A stretch of 32,000 bases of DNA from Promethearchaeota archaeon (lineage in GTDB: Archaea > Asgardarchaeota > Lokiarchaeia > Sigyniarchaeales > Promethearchaeaceae). Below, piece by piece: positions 27,557 to 32,000 of this stretch. Within the stretch, counting starts at the first letter, position 1; the number at the start of each line of letters is the position of its first letter. The stretch spans positions 90,001-122,000 of the forward strand of contig JAFGBS010000019.1 in the NCBI GenBank assembly GCA_016933055.1, in the 5' to 3' direction. The position numbers and the translations under genes are program-made. The notes beneath the pieces were generated by a model. The model saw only the letters and a program-made list of their open reading frames with translations. It had not been told where the DNA came from and made no database searches.

Positions 27557-28777
27557 TTAAAATATCATTTCTTTATGTTTTCGTTCTGCATTGGAAACAT
27601 AGGGTGATATTGGACCTTGACCTATTATATTGATGTGAATTTTTTCTGAGTTTGGGTCTATCATTGCTCCAAATTTTAACTTAGCGTTAGATTGGATGTT
27701 TTCTGAAACAGTAGATACTATTTCATTCACTTGATTTAAAGATAGATATTGATTCCCCGTAATTGATACTAAACAACTAGAAATCTCTGAAGGATCCATT
27801 TCAAGAATTGGATTGTGAAGCGCTTTCAGAGTTTTTTCCCGTATTATTTCTTTAATTAAAGGAGAGGATGTGGTATTACCATCTTTTGCAATGTCATCTA
27901 TATTAATTTCACTCTTACCGATATAACCGCTTGTTTCATTACATCTTTTTAAGATATTTTTAACATCTGCTAAATCTAGATTTACTAATCCGCAGTTTGA
28001 CACTAAATCTACAATTCCTCGAACGGATCCAATAAGTATCTCATCCATGATTTTAAATCCTTTCATTAAAGTTAAGTTGGGAACCAGTTTTATGAGTTTT
28101 TCGTTGGGTAGTGGAATTATAGTGTCAGAATATTTTGCTAGCCTTAATAACCCCTCATTGGCGATAGTTTCTTTTTCAGCTCCTTCCATCTTAAATGGCA
28201 ACGTACAAAAAGAAACTACTAAGGCACCCGCTTTTTGTGCTTCCCGCGCAATTATCGGTGATGCACCCGTTCCTGTCCCCCCTCCCATCCCACACGTGAT
28301 AAAAACTATATTTTTTCGCGTTATTTGACGAATTCGCTCGAGATCTGATTCTGCTGATTTTTCTCCTATTCGTGGATTATTACCCGATCCTAATCCGCCT
28401 GTTACCTCTTTTCCGATCAATATTTTTTGGTCTGCGTTAGCATAATACAAATCTTGTGCATCTGTATTCACCGCGATAGTAATCGCTCCTGTAACTCCCG
28501 ATTCTTGTAATCGGGTAATGGCATTATTCCCTGCTCCCCCAACTCCAATGATTACGGTTCGTGTTTTTAATAATTGCAGAAACTCAGATAAATATTCGTC
28601 CGAGTCATTAAACCCATCGGATTCTATGTTACTTTCCTCATCTAGTGGGTCTTTGGATTTCAGAACTACTTGCCCATTCTCGAGAACCGGGATCCCATTA
28701 ATAGTATCTGTGGTAATCTCTTTGAGTTTATCCTCGCCAATTAAATCTTCTAAACTTCCATACATCAGTTGCTTCAC
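27557..28777 (-). CDS. ftsZ: FtsZ-family GTPase, archaeal type, with an acidic N-terminal extension
   Basis: IIGVGGAGNNA, AVNTDAQDL, GGLGSGNNPRIG, CGMGGGTGTGASP signature, PFKMEG, PNEKL, T7 loop GLVNLDLADV; GTG start (alternative ATG at codon 5). Confidence 0.92.
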   Translation of the reverse strand: MKQLMYGSLEDLIGEDKLKEITTDTINGIPVLENGQVVLKSKDPLDEESNIESDGFNDSDEYLSEFLQLLKTRTVIIGVGGAGNNAITRLQESGVTGAITIAVNTDAQDLYYANADQKILIGKEVTGGLGSGNNPRIGEKSAESDLERIRQITRKNIVFITCGMGGGTGTGASPIIAREAQKAGALVVSFCTLPFKMEGAEKETIANEGLLRLAKYSDTIIPLPNEKLIKLVPNLTLMKGFKIMDEILIGSVRGIVDLVSNCGLVNLDLADVKNILKRCNETSGYIGKSEINIDDIAKDGNTTSSPLIKEIIREKTLKALHNPILEMDPSEISSCLVSITGNQYLSLNQVNEIVSTVSENIQSNAKLKFGAMIDPNSEKIHINIIGQGPISPYVSNAERKHKEMIF

Positions 28778-28899
28778 TAGTTTCGGTTGATTCGGGATGG
28801 GTAATGTGCTCTTCCTAAAATTTAGCTATATACACATCATAGCTTTGCATTTTCTTAAGAGCATATAATATCTCAGTAATATCACAGATTTGTGAAAAT

Positions 28900-28946
28900 A
28901 AAATAAAACGAGACAAAATAAAAAAGAAATGATGGAAAAAGAAAAA
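28900..28946 (-). terminator. T-rich terminator candidate after aglB
   Basis: A-rich run on the plus strand (AAAATAAAAAAGAAATGATGGAAAAAGAAAAA) gives T tracts on the minus strand after the stop at 28947. Confidence 0.4.
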
Positions 28947-31900
28947 TTAAGTTGCTTTACCCAAGATTAAGGCGGTATAGGTTGGACCTTCAACGGTTAT
29001 TACTGTGACTTCATAATATACACCCGCAGTGATTGTCAGGCCCAGTTCAGTGCCCGATATATCGATAATGGTCGGTCTGGTAGGTGTAATTACATTTCCT
29101 CCTACGATGGTGATATCTGCCACCGATAGTTCAGTACCATTTACTACTACTGCGTCTATTGTTAAGTTGTATACATCTGTTCCAATTACCGCAATCTGTA
29201 AAGTATTATTGGCAGCAATACCTTTTGTGTTAGTGTTAGCCAGATCAATTTTGAAATCATAACCATAGGGAACTTCTGCATCAAATGTCTTCATATCTGT
29301 CACAGCGCCTGAGTCCGCTAAAACAGTTAGATCTATTGTATCCGATTCATTAATTTTCACTCCCATAATATCCACACTGAATTTAAATACATCCAAAGGT
29401 TGCATAACAGCGGACCCATAAATGATTTCAATATTATCGAGATCAAATGAAGAACCCAGTAATCGGAATTCTTCCAGTGTAACTTGTTCATCTCCAATAT
29501 TTTTCACAGCAATTTCCACCCGTTCGTCCGTAAATACTGTAGTGTAATCGGATTCTAGTAATTCTATTGCTTTCCCGTCATACAAAGGTGTCATTCGAGC
29601 TACATCACTTGCAACATCATATCCCGCTTGATTAATGCTAATTACTGTTACTTTAACTTCGTTATTTCTGGTTATTCCTGTTAATTGAGCTGTGTAGCTT
29701 TCAATCTCGTTAGGCTCTAAGAAATAATCACCTTCTGAAGCGAGAAAGTCAACGGGTGCATTATTAACTAACATCGATTGCATCAATAAATTGTGTGAAC
29801 CGGTATTTTGAACAGTTATCTTCAATGTGCCATTCTCATAAAGGTAAGTTAAGTCATTATGGGGGAGTAAAGTTCGTATTGTATCTGGATTTTCTTCGCC
29901 GATTTCTTCAAAATGCATAGTTCGATCCTTAGGTAGGATGGTCAATTGATATTCGAGAACATTAATAGATAATTCAATCCCATCAGATACCCCCTCAGAA
30001 GTATACGCGTATACTTGATAGGTCTTTCCCTCCGCTGGGGAGCCCACTAAATTGGTATCTAGTAGGTATTGTTCGATGTTTCCAGGAGATAGAACATAAT
30101 TATGGTTTTGTGCTAAGTTGGAACGATCATATCTAACTCCATCAATTTCGAAGTGCTTAATATTGACTACACTTTCTCCGGTATTTTCTATCTGTAACTG
30201 GAAACCCAGATATCCATTAGATAAAACACTCGAATATTCTCTATTGATACTCAATGAGTAGGTTGGGACATCTACTACCAATTTTGTGTCCGATGAATTG
30301 GAAAATTCATATTTCAAACCATCAAATTTATCCGCTTCTGCAATTATGGTTACATTATAGCGATCGTTTAAGTTCCAAGTGGTTTCCGTATCTACCCAGA
30401 TAGTCTTTGTTTCCTCAGCCTCAATTACGGTATCATCATCTTCAATAATAAAATCGTATTCTTCATTGTTCAATTTCACGGAAGTAATGGTAATATCTCG
30501 CTCTCCAGTATTTACAACTTCTACATTGGCTAAACCATTGGTCGACAACTGCGGATTTTGCACTTCAAATGAGGATTCCAAGGCAGTATAATCCATTTTA
30601 TAAATTTTTACAAGGTGATTTGAAGAGAAATAATATTTCTGGAATACTTTAAAATCATATTCTCCGTCAGTCGGTATGTGATCAGACCAGAGTTTGCCGT
30701 TATCATCTCTTCGAGGACTTCTTCCCTCTGCTTCATTTCCACCAATCATTTGGGCATATTGGCTCGCCAAATAACTATAATAGGTACTAGTTTGCTGTAA
30801 TGGCATCTTTGGGGAACTGAGGTCGGTGGGTTCATCGTAAAACATTAGTCTCACTAATTGGGAGTTGAACCATTTATCTTCATACATACCTGAACTTGAG
30901 TTGATGTATTCGTCTTCATTAAATACAGAAATAATCTCTCCTTGCTCATCTCGATACCAATTATCTTTTGCAAGCCCCCACGATTCATATCGTGTTGTAT
31001 AATCATTACAGATTCGAAGCATCCATGGCCATTTACCCTCGTCTCCTCCAATCGAATTTATCATAAACCCAAAGAAGACAAGTACATAATCTGCACCCAA
31101 TCGTTTGAAAATTTCTGCGCTATAAAGCTCATTGGATTGCATCATAGCCATACCTGTGAGACCGAGACGTGTATGATTGAGAGTTGCATTATCATTTACA
31201 GTAGTGACATTCCCTAAAACAGTTAACCAATACCCATAATCCCACCACGATACTACAACTGTTCCCGGTGGTAAATTTTCTCGCACAAATGAGAGGGATT
31301 CTTCCCAGTCATGTATTTGATTAAGTGTTACTAATTCGCTATATGACATTTGATCAATAGAAACGGTTGTGGCATGGTTAATTTGTGCAAAAAACATAAA
31401 TCCGACTAGTATAAATACCACTACTCCTTCTGCAGCACTCAATGTTTGACGGATTTGCCGTTTTCTTCTCCTTGTGATGGTCTGTTGTTTTTGCATTAAG
31501 GAACCAAAAAATTTCAGAACATAGGTCAATCCATACGCACCGATCAAAGAAAGTGCAGGGGATAACAGTAATATGATTCGAATCATTGAACCGGTAAAAT
31601 AAAGCAAAGTCAAAGCGAATACTAGCATTAAGATATCCTCTTCCCGGTTTCGTTTGATCGCAAAAAATACTCCCAGTGGTGTTAAAATAACGGGAATTAG
31701 AGTGTTATAGTAAAATACTGACCAAGGGGAGGGTTTATGCTCCCCAACGGATGCCACAAGATTGATTGCTTGTCGAATGGTAGGATTTAAGATACTTGTC
31801 GCTCTTGAGCTTAAACCGAATGGAAGAATTTCAGGAGCTACCCAAAATATTATCCCGAAAACAAGTAAAGCAGGAATAGTTCCCCACTTGATAACATTCC

Positions 31901-32000
31901 AGATAATTTTATAAATTTTGGGATTCTTTGTTTTTTGAACGTGTAATATATGATATCCAATCATAAAAAAGAGGAAAAGAACGGGAATTGCAATTTCCAT
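28947..32000 (-). CDS. aglB: Oligosaccharyltransferase AglB/STT3, 5' end outside the window, with a ~540-aa C-terminal repeat extension
   Basis: SVGEHKP, SWWDYGY (WWDYG at 31233-31247), NDNAT.N, DYVLVFFG, GDEGKWPWM. Only ~250 aa precede WWDYG, so the N-terminal TM helices are probably cut by the window edge. Confidence 0.95.
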   Translation of the reverse strand: MEIAIPVLFLFFMIGYHILHVQKTKNPKIYKIIWNVIKWGTIPALLVFGIIFWVAPEILPFGLSSRATSILNPTIRQAINLVASVGEHKPSPWSVFYYNTLIPVILTPLGVFFAIKRNREEDILMLVFALTLLYFTGSMIRIILLLSPALSLIGAYGLTYVLKFFGSLMQKQQTITRRRKRQIRQTLSAAEGVVVFILVGFMFFAQINHATTVSIDQMSYSELVTLNQIHDWEESLSFVRENLPPGTVVVSWWDYGYWLTVLGNVTTVNDNATLNHTRLGLTGMAMMQSNELYSAEIFKRLGADYVLVFFGFMINSIGGDEGKWPWMLRICNDYTTRYESWGLAKDNWYRDEQGEIISVFNEDEYINSSSGMYEDKWFNSQLVRLMFYDEPTDLSSPKMPLQQTSTYYSYLASQYAQMIGGNEAEGRSPRRDDNGKLWSDHIPTDGEYDFKVFQKYYFSSNHLVKIYKMDYTALESSFEVQNPQLSTNGLANVEVVNTGERDITITSVKLNNEEYDFIIEDDDTVIEAEETKTIWVDTETTWNLNDRYNVTIIAEADKFDGLKYEFSNSSDTKLVVDVPTYSLSINREYSSVLSNGYLGFQLQIENTGESVVNIKHFEIDGVRYDRSNLAQNHNYVLSPGNIEQYLLDTNLVGSPAEGKTYQVYAYTSEGVSDGIELSINVLEYQLTILPKDRTMHFEEIGEENPDTIRTLLPHNDLTYLYENGTLKITVQNTGSHNLLMQSMLVNNAPVDFLASEGDYFLEPNEIESYTAQLTGITRNNEVKVTVISINQAGYDVASDVARMTPLYDGKAIELLESDYTTVFTDERVEIAVKNIGDEQVTLEEFRLLGSSFDLDNIEIIYGSAVMQPLDVFKFSVDIMGVKINESDTIDLTVLADSGAVTDMKTFDAEVPYGYDFKIDLANTNTKGIAANNTLQIAVIGTDVYNLTIDAVVVNGTELSVADITIVGGNVITPTRPTIIDISGTELGLTITAGVYYEVTVITVEGPTYTALILGKAT

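Noticed and set aside
27557-28777. Tubulin or CetZ call
   Set aside because: GGAGNN, NTDAQDL, GxGxNPxxG, PFxxEG and NLDxAD are FtsZ-type motifs.
28880-28898. Thermococcales TGM (TrmBL1) site, TATCAC..GTGAAA
   Set aside because: The spacer is 6 rather than 5 nt, one arm mismatches, and it is a single occurrence in AT-rich DNA.
32000-32000. ATG at the window edge as the true aglB start
   Set aside because: It would leave only about half of the usual N-terminal TM region before WWDYG; the frame is open to the edge.

Overview
AT-rich archaeal window, most likely from an Asgard (Lokiarchaeia-like) genome. This is an inference from the eukaryote-like STT3/AglB motifs, the archaeal-type FtsZ, TrmB and TTG/GTG starts. 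Almost all of it is one surface-glycan locus: a WbpB/WbpD/WbpE-like trio, a phosphohexomutase, a complete six-gene legionaminic-acid-type nonulosonic acid pathway, a candidate nonulosonate transferase, a sulfotransferase with a fused Sat-CysC PAPS synthase, a WbpG/PseA-like amidotransferase, two paralogous flippases fused to half a GT-B domain (one intact, one pseudogene), GT4 genes (one intact, one pseudogene), ftsZ and a 5'-truncated aglB/STT3 with a long repeat tail. Signals the ORF track does not explain: (i) two tandem non-coding elements at 17253-18024 bounded by TA-flanked terminal inverted repeats, with conserved scaffold blocks separated by unrelated hairpin-rich inserts; (ii) further lone ends of the same family at 20242 and 5163; (iii) a chimeric remnant at 24098-24969 joining a decayed GT4 gene in frame to the last 40 codons of a second, lost ftsZ paralog. 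No rRNA, tRNA, CRISPR array or transposase was seen.
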